From Promethearchaeati archaeon (GTDB lineage Archaea; Asgardarchaeota; Heimdallarchaeia; JABLTI01): 13,153 bases of DNA. The notes below the pieces were generated by a model, which saw only the letters and a list, made by a program, of their open reading frames with translations, did no database searches and was not told the DNA's origin. Shown here piece after piece: positions 1-7,874 of the stretch (the stretch's first letter is position 1; every line of letters starts with the position of its first letter). The position numbers and the translations under genes are program-made. Location: NCBI GenBank assembly GCA_013166835.1, contig JABLTI010000074.1, forward strand, positions 1-13,153. The letters run 5' to 3'.

Positions 1-395
1 ATGTCTCTAACATCTCTTAATGGAATAAATTCACTAATCAACACTACAATTGGGATGCCTGCTTCAATGACTTCTATTGCTACATCCTTTACACCTGAGT
101 AATGTCTCCAAATACTCGCAATTGCTATATTGGGATGTTCTTTCACACAATCTGTAATAGATTCGTAAACAGGAATAACTTCATGGATTCTTGTTCCTCC
201 TCTCCCTTTTGATACTCCGGCAGTTATCTTTGTTCCAAAATCCTTCATTAAGCCAGCATGCTTCATTCCTTGTCTTCCAAGACCAACAATGACAGTGTCT
301 ATTGAACCTGTTTTCTTAATGTGCTCTGCTAATTTTGGTCGTCTATCTTTAATTAAATAATATAACATTCCTTGGTCTACTGGTAGTCGCTTCAT
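1..395 (-). CDS. Succinyl-CoA synthetase alpha-subunit-like protein (CoA-binding domain), divergent; 3' end runs off the window
   Basis: Manual translation from ATG at 395: MKRLPVDQGMLYYLIKDRRPKLAEHIKKTGSIDTVIVGLGRQGMKHAGLMKDFGTKITAGVSKGRGGTRIHEVIPVYESITDCVKEHPNIAIASIWRHYSGVKDVAIEVIEAGIPIVVLISEFIPLRDVRD. It matches the SucD pattern (GTKIVAGVTPGKGG, VPVF, EAGI..ITEGIP). There is an ATGA overlap with the upstream beta-subunit stop and an AAGGAGG site at 403-409. Not in the ORF track. Confidence 0.9.
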   Translation of the reverse strand, partial: MKRLPVDQGMLYYLIKDRRPKLAEHIKKTGSIDTVIVGLGRQGMKHAGLMKDFGTKITAGVSKGRGGTRIHEVIPVYESITDCVKEHPNIAIASIWRHYSGVKDVAIEVIEAGIPIVVLISEFIPLRDVRD

Positions 396-1693
396 TTTGA
401 CCCCTCCTTAAGATACTCAAATCCTTTCTTCAGCGCATCTTTAATTACATCTGCCATAATCTGCTCATTTCCTATTTCAATTTCCAACATAGCTAATTCC
501 TTGGGTGATTCCTCATATGCTTTCTCGAGATATTTAATCGCAGAAGGAAGATCTGTTCCAACCATTCGTCCATACACTGGAATGATTCTTTGTTTCTTCT
601 TATACCGCTCCCTAAATGCTAAAATGGTGCCACGAATGAAGACATCGCAACTTGAAATTCCACCGAATCTTGAGGTGATTATTATATCTACCATAGGATT
701 ATCCATTAGTAAATTGTACATTTCAGCAACTCGTTCTTTTGGTGGACCTCCACCACTATCCATAAAATTAATGGGAATCACTTTGCCATCGAAGAATCTT
801 TTTCCTATGTTTGCTACTTCATCTATGGATAGTATACCATATCCTGCACCACCAGGAACTAAACCAACGTACATGTATCCTTTCTTTTTCTCATGATTGA
901 CTGGTAAAAGATCAACATAGGGAAATTCATTTTCATAAGAGAAAATCTCATTATCAGTTGGCTCTGCAACATCATGTCTCTTATGTGATAAATCTAAACT
1001 GCTGAGAAGTGTGCTTTGCCTGTACAAACCATTATCATCGAGCACAATCTTTGCATCTGCTGCAATAATATTATCTTTTGTTATAATTAATGGATTAATT
1101 TCACATAACTTTGCATCAATTTTCTGATACAAAGAGTAGAGTTTTCTAATGAATAATTCCAACTCAGCTAGTAATTTGTCAGAAAGTTTGAGCACCTTAT
1201 TCAATTTGTTTGCTAAATCCTTAGAAATTTCTTCAGGAATTTCTGTTTCATTATTTTGCATTTCTTTTCTAAAAATTAGTTCTGGTTTTGTTTTAGCAAC
1301 TTCCTCAATATCAACTCCACCAGAAGGACTTGCAATTATAGTATTTTTGTAAGCTTTAGGTTCCATGGTAACTCCTAAGTAACAAGCTTGCACTTCTTCT
1401 ACTGCTTCTTCAAAATGAATTATCTCAACTGGATAATCTCTGATTGTTAAATTTAGCAATTTGGAGGCTATTTCTTTAGCTTCCTTCAGTGAATTAGCTT
1501 TCTTTACTCCTCCGGCTTTCCCTCGACCACCGATAAGTACAGCTGCTTTCACCATGACGGGAAATTCGAGATTTAGTTGATCAATCTCAGATACAGATCT
1601 AACTATACCATACTGTTTTGGTGTTGGGATTCCGTTTGCTTCAAAAATACTCTTGGATTCATGCTCATAAAGTCTCATTTGTTCATCATCCAA
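392..1693 (-). CDS. Succinyl-CoA synthetase beta-subunit-like ATP-grasp protein (ADP/GDP-forming acyl-CoA ligase), divergent
   Basis: SucC-family motifs: LYEHESK, KAAVLIGGRGKAGGVK, GGVDIEEVA, EINPL, DAK, GAG, NFMDSGGG, FGGI..CD. The start is TTG 1693 or more likely ATG 1678 (MRLYEHESK). Confidence 0.9.
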   Translation of the reverse strand: MDDEQMRLYEHESKSIFEANGIPTPKQYGIVRSVSEIDQLNLEFPVMVKAAVLIGGRGKAGGVKKANSLKEAKEIASKLLNLTIRDYPVEIIHFEEAVEEVQACYLGVTMEPKAYKNTIIASPSGGVDIEEVAKTKPELIFRKEMQNNETEIPEEISKDLANKLNKVLKLSDKLLAELELFIRKLYSLYQKIDAKLCEINPLIITKDNIIAADAKIVLDDNGLYRQSTLLSSLDLSHKRHDVAEPTDNEIFSYENEFPYVDLLPVNHEKKKGYMYVGLVPGGAGYGILSIDEVANIGKRFFDGKVIPINFMDSGGGPPKERVAEMYNLLMDNPMVDIIITSRFGGISSCDVFIRGTILAFRERYKKKQRIIPVYGRMVGTDLPSAIKYLEKAYEESPKELAMLEIEIGNEQIMADVIKDALKKGFEYLKEGSK

Positions 1694-1710
1694 ATCGTGT
1701 TTATTTTTAC

Positions 1711-1722
1711 GAATTTAAATTC
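1711..1722 (-). promoter_or_regulatory. Candidate TATA box (TTTAAA) inside a perfect 12-bp palindrome upstream of the sucC-like gene
   Basis: GAATTTAAATTC at 1711-1722; its TTTAAA core lies about 20 nt from TTG 1693 and 35 nt from ATG 1678. Confidence 0.35.
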
Positions 1723-1773
1723 TCTCATGATTCATAAATTATCTGTAGTTAATCACAAATCCAAAAAAATGCT

Positions 1774-2958
1774 TTAAACAATCGGTGTTAATCTTCCGGT
1801 AATCAAACCGATAATAAATAACATACCAAGAATGCCGAATGATAGCATATTGACAATATTTGCTACTTTTGGTGTGGGTTTAATTACAAATATAATTGAC
1901 ATTATTGAACCAATTACCACAGTAATTATCATGCAGATGAGAAATCCAATTTTAAAAACACCAGTGAAATAAGTTCCTATCCCAACACCGTATGCAAGAA
2001 ATTGATTTACTAACATGAATATTGCTCCCCCTCTAGGGCCATATTTTTTCGGAAGAGTCATTGTTTCAACTTTCAGATCATGCGGAAGATCTCGAGTATC
2101 ACCTGCAGCTCTCCCACCTGTCATAGCAAAGAAAAGGAATAGAGTCATTAGACCTGCTGCTACATTCAAGTTATGTGCGCATAATGCTCCAATTATTACA
2201 TATAGTCCTTGAAGAACTCCAAGAGTGATTGCTCGAACAATAGGAGTATTCATGAAATCAAATACTCCTTGAAAAATAATCACAAGAACAAGAATCCCAA
2301 TAGGTATTAGTACATATTCATTTGTAAAAATTGTCAAAATAATGCTGGCAAATAATGTTGTAACAATTAAAACTACCGCAAAAATTGGATTCAAGGTACC
2401 CTTTGCTATTGGATTAGAAAGTTTTCCTGACTTCTTATCATCCACCATATCCGATATGTAATCCAAGAAGAATCCAGTAAAAGCAACTAATACTCCAATA
2501 GCTCCTGCATAAAGAACCTCTTGCCAGGTTCCCTCCAAACCATAAGTTACTGCAGCTGTTATCATAAAGAACATTATAAATCTCCCAACTCTCCAATCAA
2601 CCATAATTATTTGCATTTTTGATTTTTTTTCTTTTGTTTTTGGTTTTTCTGCTACATCATCTTCTGATATGATTGATTCTTTGGATTCCAATTCCAGAGG
2701 TACGTTGTTTTCCTTTGAATACTTAATTGCATCAGCTTCCTCGTTGAAGATTTTCTCAACCTCGAATTCATATAGGCCTTTCTTATCATCTATCGTATAT
2801 TCCATAACTCTCATAGTACGACCTTTGGATTCAGAGGAGATTTTAAGTAAGCAAATTTTCTTTTCACTCACAAGTTTTTTACAAATATCACATCTTTCTG
2901 GTCCTTTAGCACAATGTGATAGAATTATTTCTTTTATAACTAAGTGATCTGTAATCAT
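1774..2958 (-). CDS. UbiA-family intramembrane prenyltransferase with an extra ~110-aa soluble N-terminal region
   Basis: Two Asp-rich UbiA motifs, DYISDMVDD..NPIAKG and GDTRDLPHD..TLPKKYG, and about 8-9 hydrophobic segments. AGAGGGA lies just upstream of the ATG. Confidence 0.88.
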   Translation of the reverse strand: MITDHLVIKEIILSHCAKGPERCDICKKLVSEKKICLLKISSESKGRTMRVMEYTIDDKKGLYEFEVEKIFNEEADAIKYSKENNVPLELESKESIISEDDVAEKPKTKEKKSKMQIIMVDWRVGRFIMFFMITAAVTYGLEGTWQEVLYAGAIGVLVAFTGFFLDYISDMVDDKKSGKLSNPIAKGTLNPIFAVVLIVTTLFASIILTIFTNEYVLIPIGILVLVIIFQGVFDFMNTPIVRAITLGVLQGLYVIIGALCAHNLNVAAGLMTLFLFFAMTGGRAAGDTRDLPHDLKVETMTLPKKYGPRGGAIFMLVNQFLAYGVGIGTYFTGVFKIGFLICMIITVVIGSIMSIIFVIKPTPKVANIVNMLSFGILGMLFIIGLITGRLTPIV

Positions 2959-3138
2959 AATCCCTCTGAAATGTCAATACATCAAATACAATACCAATTC
3001 CTTTTTTAAAGATAGTTGGTTAGCTATTCAGATTATTTTCGGTAATCTCTTACATCATTCTTTTTTATTTTGTAAAGCAAAGTCTTTATTCCTATTCAAT
3101 AGGTATTATAATAAATTGATCAATGGAGGGTTCAATTT

Positions 3139-3531
3139 TTGGGTAATCCAATGAAAATTAGAAGAGTTTACTTTCAAATAAAAGTTAGTGATCTAGGTAG
3201 AGCCAAAGATTTCTATAATGATGTTTTTGATTTTGAAGTTGCTTGGTTTATGGATACAGATGTTGGTTGGTGTGAAATGCAACTACCAAATGATGCGAGA
3301 TTGGGGCTAAACACTCGAGAGCCTGGTCAAGACATCATTCCAAGCTGGGGCATCTTAACTTTGGACGTTGAAAATTTGGAGGAAACTAGAGTTTACTTAG
3401 ATAAAAAAGGACTAAAACCAACTGAGATAGTAGATATTCCAGATATGGTTTCACTTTTTGATATTTATGATTCCGAAGGAAACAAGATCCAAATTGTGAG
3501 TGATCCAAGAGTGAAAAGCGAAGAAAAATGA
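3139..3531 (+). CDS. VOC (glyoxalase/bleomycin-resistance) family protein, copy 1
   Basis: IKVSDLGRAKDFYNDVFDF, LTLDVENLE and DSEGNKIQIV match the VOC pattern. GGAGG at 3125-3129 supports TTG 3139; ATG 3151 is the alternative. Confidence 0.9.
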   Translation: MGNPMKIRRVYFQIKVSDLGRAKDFYNDVFDFEVAWFMDTDVGWCEMQLPNDARLGLNTREPGQDIIPSWGILTLDVENLEETRVYLDKKGLKPTEIVDIPDMVSLFDIYDSEGNKIQIVSDPRVKSEEK

Positions 3532-3553
3532 CAAAAGAAGAACGTGATTAATT

Positions 3554-3928
3554 ATGACAGATATTCCACTAAAGATAGTACGTGTTTATTACCAAATAAA
3601 AGTTGATGATCTAAAACGTTCAACAGATTTTTACAAAGATGTTTTTGGATTTGAAATAACACTATACGCCGGACCTGAGCTAGGATGGGCTGAATCTACT
3701 TTGCCTGGTGGTTTAGGTCTTGGTCACAATTTAAGATTACCAGGTCAAGATCACCCCCCAAGTTGGAGTATTCTAACACTAGAAGTTGAAGATCTAAAAA
3801 TTGCTTGGGACTATCTAGAGAAAAAAGGATTGGATGTTACAGAAATTACTGAAACACCAAATATCAATTTCTTCAATACAAAAGATTCCGAAGGAAACTC
3901 AATACAAATAGTGCAAGTTCCAAAATAA
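3554..3928 (+). CDS. VOC (glyoxalase/bleomycin-resistance) family protein, copy 2
   Basis: IKVDDLKRSTDFYKDVFGF, LTLEVEDL and DSEGNSIQIV; clear paralog of the upstream gene. Confidence 0.9.
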   Translation: MTDIPLKIVRVYYQIKVDDLKRSTDFYKDVFGFEITLYAGPELGWAESTLPGGLGLGHNLRLPGQDHPPSWSILTLEVEDLKIAWDYLEKKGLDVTEITETPNINFFNTKDSEGNSIQIVQVPK

Positions 3929-3947
3929 AAATAACTGGATTAGATTA

Positions 3948-4769
3948 TTACATGTAATCTTCTAATCCGAATCCTTCTTTTATTGTTTCTGTGAGTCTAG
4001 ACATGCAGCGAGCAGCAGGTGCACCGTCTACAATGTCATGATTAAATTCTGCAGTTATGTGAAGAATGTCTCTATGTTCGATTTTATCATCAATGATTAC
4101 CGGTTTTTTTACAATAGCTCCTAATGCAAAAGTTGTTGAGTGCATAGTTTTTGGGATAGCCCAACCAGCAATACCTCTACCAAACATACCCACAGCTGTA
4201 CACCCAACTGTACCAATATGTCTCTTTATTTTGAATGGATCCATCATAACGTTGCGCCAAATAAAATTTCTTCTTATGAATGTAGGGAATTTCATAAGCA
4301 TTTGTTGACGATTCTTTGTTTTCTGTTCTACTTCATTTTTATCTTCATCATATTTCTGAGCAGTTCGAATCTCATCGTTTATTTCTTTGTAGCTTTTTTC
4401 ATTTGACTTGCGAATAATATATTGAATAGGTACTTTCCTACCTTCTCCCATGTCTTTCTCAACAAGACACTTAATGTCAACATCATGGAAAGTAATCGTT
4501 TTTTTCCTTCCCTTTCGGAAAGTTTGTATGATCAAATTTTCTGACACAGCTTGAGCAACACATTTCATAATCCACGATGTAAAAGATAATCTCTCACCAG
4601 TCTTTTCTCTATGCTTAGTAAGTATTGTCAATCCCTTTGTTACATCAACTTCAATTAAACCAATAATGTGATTGTAATATTTACTAGCATCAACTGCATC
4701 AGTTATCAATTCACGTGCCTTAGTAAAACGTCCTATTGTATATTCTCCTGTTTTTTTCATTTTTGCCAC
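3948..4769 (-). CDS. Stand-alone 2-oxoacid dehydrogenase E2-like acyltransferase catalytic domain (no lipoyl or E3-binding domain)
   Basis: EVDVT, LSFTSWIMKCVAQA, TAVGMFG, GAIVKKPV and the catalytic HxxxDG motif (NHDIVDGAPAARC). It is only 273 aa. The start is GTG 4769 or ATG 4760. Confidence 0.88.
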   Translation of the reverse strand: MAKMKKTGEYTIGRFTKARELITDAVDASKYYNHIIGLIEVDVTKGLTILTKHREKTGERLSFTSWIMKCVAQAVSENLIIQTFRKGRKKTITFHDVDIKCLVEKDMGEGRKVPIQYIIRKSNEKSYKEINDEIRTAQKYDEDKNEVEQKTKNRQQMLMKFPTFIRRNFIWRNVMMDPFKIKRHIGTVGCTAVGMFGRGIAGWAIPKTMHSTTFALGAIVKKPVIIDDKIEHRDILHITAEFNHDIVDGAPAARCMSRLTETIKEGFGLEDYM

Positions 4770-4811
4770 TTCGTTTTCTTACTTTCTTACATTAATAAAT
4801 ATTATCAGTTC

Positions 4812-4821
4812 ATTATATAAT
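4812..4821. promoter_or_regulatory. Palindromic TATA-like element in a divergent intergenic region
   Basis: ATTATATAAT between the divergently transcribed E2-like (-) and NTF2-like (+) genes. Confidence 0.3.
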
Positions 4822-4890
4822 TATTTAATTCCAGACTAAAGAAAGTCTTTTCATAAATTAATTTTCTTAGTAGTTTTACGGTTAAAACAG

Positions 4891-5319
4891 GTGAAAATAA
4901 TGAATAAAACAAATGAAGAATTGGTAATAAAAGAACTTGTCGAGGATTACATCGACATAATGGAAAAATGTGATGAAGAGAGATTTCTAGCCCTTTGGCA
5001 TCCTGATGCAAGAAGATTTGGATTAGGTAATGATAAACAATTACGCTCATTCAGTAAAGATGAAATCGTCAAGTATTCTATTGCAGGTCTAAAAAATCTG
5101 AAGAATCAGATTCCAAATCCAGAAATAATAAAATTCACAATTGATGAGATTATTTCTATCAGTACAAGCGAAGGAGTCATTGCTTCTGCAGAAATTAAAT
5201 GGCAAATGGTTCTTCCGGGATCAAAAGGTTCTCATCATACTTTCATACAGTTTGCCAAAAAAGAAGATAATTGGTTAATCGTTAATGTTTTGGATAAAGG
5301 ATACGAAGAGGAATCTTAG
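4891..5319 (+). CDS. NTF2-like / putative lumazine-binding-family protein
   Basis: IKELVEDY..DEERFLALWHPDA, ASAEI and FAKKEDNWLIVN are typical of the SnoaL/NTF2 fold. The start is GTG 4891 or ATG 4900. Confidence 0.75.
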   Translation: MKIMNKTNEELVIKELVEDYIDIMEKCDEERFLALWHPDARRFGLGNDKQLRSFSKDEIVKYSIAGLKNLKNQIPNPEIIKFTIDEIISISTSEGVIASAEIKWQMVLPGSKGSHHTFIQFAKKEDNWLIVNVLDKGYEEES

Positions 5320-5448
5320 TTTCCTTTTTGCTTTCCAGATGTTCTGTTTCAATTGAAGTAATTTGTCAGTAGAAAAGTAAAAGAACACCTTGCTAATTGT
5401 ATATAACTAGCAGCTGATTTAAAGAAAAGCTGACTTTAGAATACCTTA

Positions 5449-6753
5449 GTGGGAGAATTGACACTAAACAATTTTTTCAAAATACTTGGCATGGCGTCAA
5501 ATAGAAAGATTAGGAAATTGTTAATGAGTATTCAGAAGATTTACAAAGAAGATCCCGCCTACTCTAATAAAGCATCAATGCAATCTACAAAATTAATGCT
5601 TTGGGGAGAAAAAATAGTAAAACATGATAATCAGTATATCATTTCTTCATTTCTGCCACCGTTGCCATCAAAAGCATATTATCAGCTAGCTACAGCATCT
5701 CAAGAAAAAGAAAACATCTATACTCAACAGAGTTTGTCCAAACGCTCTGCACCTATATCATTTTTCTTAGGGTTAACTTACAGATGCAATTTCGATTGTA
5801 AGCATTGTAGCGCGAAATTACGAAAAAAAGACAAAGAACTTACAACAAAAGAATGGAAATCTGTAATTAAAGGGATACAAGATATGGGAACTTCCATCAT
5901 TGGTTTTACTGGTGGCGAACCCTTACTAAGAGATGATCTTTCGGAAATCATCAATTCGATTGACGATAGAAGTGTTACTATTCTCTATACGAATGGTAAA
6001 GGATTAACCTATGAAAAAGCCAAGGAATATAAAGAGAATGGTTTGTGGTCAGCTGCTATAAGTCTGGATTCACATGACAAATGCCGTTTCAATGAATTTA
6101 GAAGTGATGATCAAGCATTTGATATATCTGTAGAAGCGATACAAAATTGTCGAGAAGCAGGACTCTATACTATGATGCAATCAGTCTTCAAAAAGAATGA
6201 AGTAACTGAAGAGAATTTTATGGAGTTATTCAAGTTAGGAAGAAAATTGAAGGTCCATGAGATTAGACTGTTAGAGCCTATTAAAAGTGGAAAATTGTTG
6301 AAAGACTCTGGAATGGATGAGATATTTTTCGATAAGGAAACCAGACAAAAAGTAGTTAATTTTCAATTGAAAATAAATCGGAAACTTGGTTACCCAAAAA
6401 TGACCTCATTTGCTCATACTGAAAGTGATGCAAAATATGGTTGTGGAGCAGCTACACAACATTCGTATATAACGCCAAATGGTGAATTACTACCTTGTGA
6501 TTTCGTCCCTCTTTCTTTCGGTAATGTTATCAAAGAAGATGTAAGCAAATTATGGTTAGAGATGAATGAAGCATTTGGCATTCCAAAAAGTGGTTGCTTT
6601 GCAAATACTATAAATCATGAGCTCAAGAAATTTGATGATGATCAGTTTCCCTTAAAAAAAGAAACTTCCATGGAACTAGTTTCTCGCTATAAAACCAAAG
6701 TTTATCCTAAAATCTATCAATTAAGGCAATCAACATTCAAAAAGAAGAAGTAA
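5449..6753 (+). CDS. Radical SAM protein with a C-terminal SPASM/twitch-like domain
   Basis: CNFDCKHC (CxxxCxxC), FTGGEPLLR, YTNG, ISLDS, and C-terminal GCGAA..YITPNGELLPCDF..FGNV. The start codon is uncertain. Confidence 0.92.
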   Translation: MGELTLNNFFKILGMASNRKIRKLLMSIQKIYKEDPAYSNKASMQSTKLMLWGEKIVKHDNQYIISSFLPPLPSKAYYQLATASQEKENIYTQQSLSKRSAPISFFLGLTYRCNFDCKHCSAKLRKKDKELTTKEWKSVIKGIQDMGTSIIGFTGGEPLLRDDLSEIINSIDDRSVTILYTNGKGLTYEKAKEYKENGLWSAAISLDSHDKCRFNEFRSDDQAFDISVEAIQNCREAGLYTMMQSVFKKNEVTEENFMELFKLGRKLKVHEIRLLEPIKSGKLLKDSGMDEIFFDKETRQKVVNFQLKINRKLGYPKMTSFAHTESDAKYGCGAATQHSYITPNGELLPCDFVPLSFGNVIKEDVSKLWLEMNEAFGIPKSGCFANTINHELKKFDDDQFPLKKETSMELVSRYKTKVYPKIYQLRQSTFKKKK

Positions 6754-6839
6754 AGAGGATTATTTCAGTGAACTTTAAAATGAGTGGTAATAGGGGGAAC
6801 TAAACAATTTTTCTAGTTGGAACATCACTACGTGTTTGG

Positions 6840-7874
6840 TTGAAGCTTTTATGGGAAAATCGGTTTCGAGTACAATTTCGCTATTGGCCAAGAGCATTCT
6901 TAATCACATTTTCTGTTCTTTTTTTCCTTCCTTTTAGATTGTTTGAGAAATTGTTTAGCGCAAGAAAAATAAAGAAAGTAGAAATCAAAGAACTACCAAT
7001 TTTCATACTAGGTCATTGGAGAAACGGAACCACTCATCTACATAATTTGATGACTCAAGATGAACAATTTGCTTATTTTACTATTTTCAGAATGGTTAAT
7101 CCACATGTTTTTTTGTATTGGGAAAGAATCTTCAGACCATTCTTTAAAATGACCTTGCCAAAAACACGACCAATGGATAATATGCCACTTTCCTTTTATG
7201 GTCCACAAGAAGAAGAAAATGGTATAGCAAATTTATGTGGGCTCTCAATAAACCTTGCTTGTGTTTTTACTTCAAGAAGAGATTATTACTTAAAATATGG
7301 CAGTTTTGCAGATACTACTCCAAAAGAAATTGATACCTGGAAAAAAACCTATCTAAATTATCTCAAGAAACTTTCTTTGAAAGAAAAAGGCAAGCAATTG
7401 CTAATTAAATCTCCTGCAATGACACAAAGAATCCCAATGCTTCTTGAATTATTTCCAAATGCAAAATTCATTCATATTCGTAGAGATCCATATGTGACAT
7501 TTTTCTCAATTAAACAATTGTATGCCAAGCTTTTTCCAACATATTACTTACAAACACCGATCGGGGATGAAGATGCCTTCATTCTTAAAATTTACAATTA
7601 TACATATCGAAAATTCTTTTCCGATTACGATCTGATTCCTAAAGAGAATTTCATTGAGGTGAGTTTCGAGGATGTTGAGGAAAACCCTATGCGAGAAATT
7701 AAGAAAATCTATCAGCAAATGGATTTAGATTGGACTCTTAACTATGAAAAGAAATTATCTGATTACATAGATTCAATTTCAAATTATGAGAAAAATGTAT
7801 ACACAATTACGTCTGAAGATAGAGAAATGATTTACTCTAATTGCAAAGAGATAATAGATAAGTGGGATTACTAG
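6840..7874 (+). CDS. PAPS-dependent sulfotransferase (Stf3-like); true start probably upstream of 6840
   Basis: 5'-PSB loop PIFILGHWRNGTTHLHNL, TRPMDNM, PQEEE, LLIKSP, 3'-PB FPNAKFIHIRRDPY..S, and FEDVEENP. Confidence 0.9.
   Translation: MKLLWENRFRVQFRYWPRAFLITFSVLFFLPFRLFEKLFSARKIKKVEIKELPIFILGHWRNGTTHLHNLMTQDEQFAYFTIFRMVNPHVFLYWERIFRPFFKMTLPKTRPMDNMPLSFYGPQEEENGIANLCGLSINLACVFTSRRDYYLKYGSFADTTPKEIDTWKKTYLNYLKKLSLKEKGKQLLIKSPAMTQRIPMLLELFPNAKFIHIRRDPYVTFFSIKQLYAKLFPTYYLQTPIGDEDAFILKIYNYTYRKFFSDYDLIPKENFIEVSFEDVEENPMREIKKIYQQMDLDWTLNYEKKLSDYIDSISNYEKNVYTITSEDREMIYSNCKEIIDKWDY

Noticed and set aside
501-1777. Plus-strand ORFs 501-896, 1149-1352 and 1577-1777
   Set aside because: Antisense shadows of the sucC-like gene with no motifs.
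2015-2947. Plus-strand ORFs 2015-2212 and 2669-2947
   Set aside because: Antisense to the UbiA gene; mirror-frame artefacts.
4066-5050. ORFs 4066-4308 (+), 4140-4406 (+) and 4805-5050 (-)
   Set aside because: They overlap well-supported genes on the opposite strand and have no recognisable features.
5320-5448. Possible RiPP precursor peptide for the radical SAM enzyme
   Set aside because: Only a trivial 5-codon ORF (ATG 5339) is on the + strand; no credible precursor.
5449-6753. Anaerobic sulfatase maturase, PqqE or tetraether synthase assignment
   Set aside because: Too few C-terminal Cys for a full SPASM domain, no cognate partner genes, and no family-specific signature I can confirm.
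6801-6803. Selenocysteine or pyrrolysine recoding of the sulfotransferase internal stop
   Set aside because: The codon is TAA, not TGA or TAG, and TAA, TAG and TGA all end genes normally in this window.
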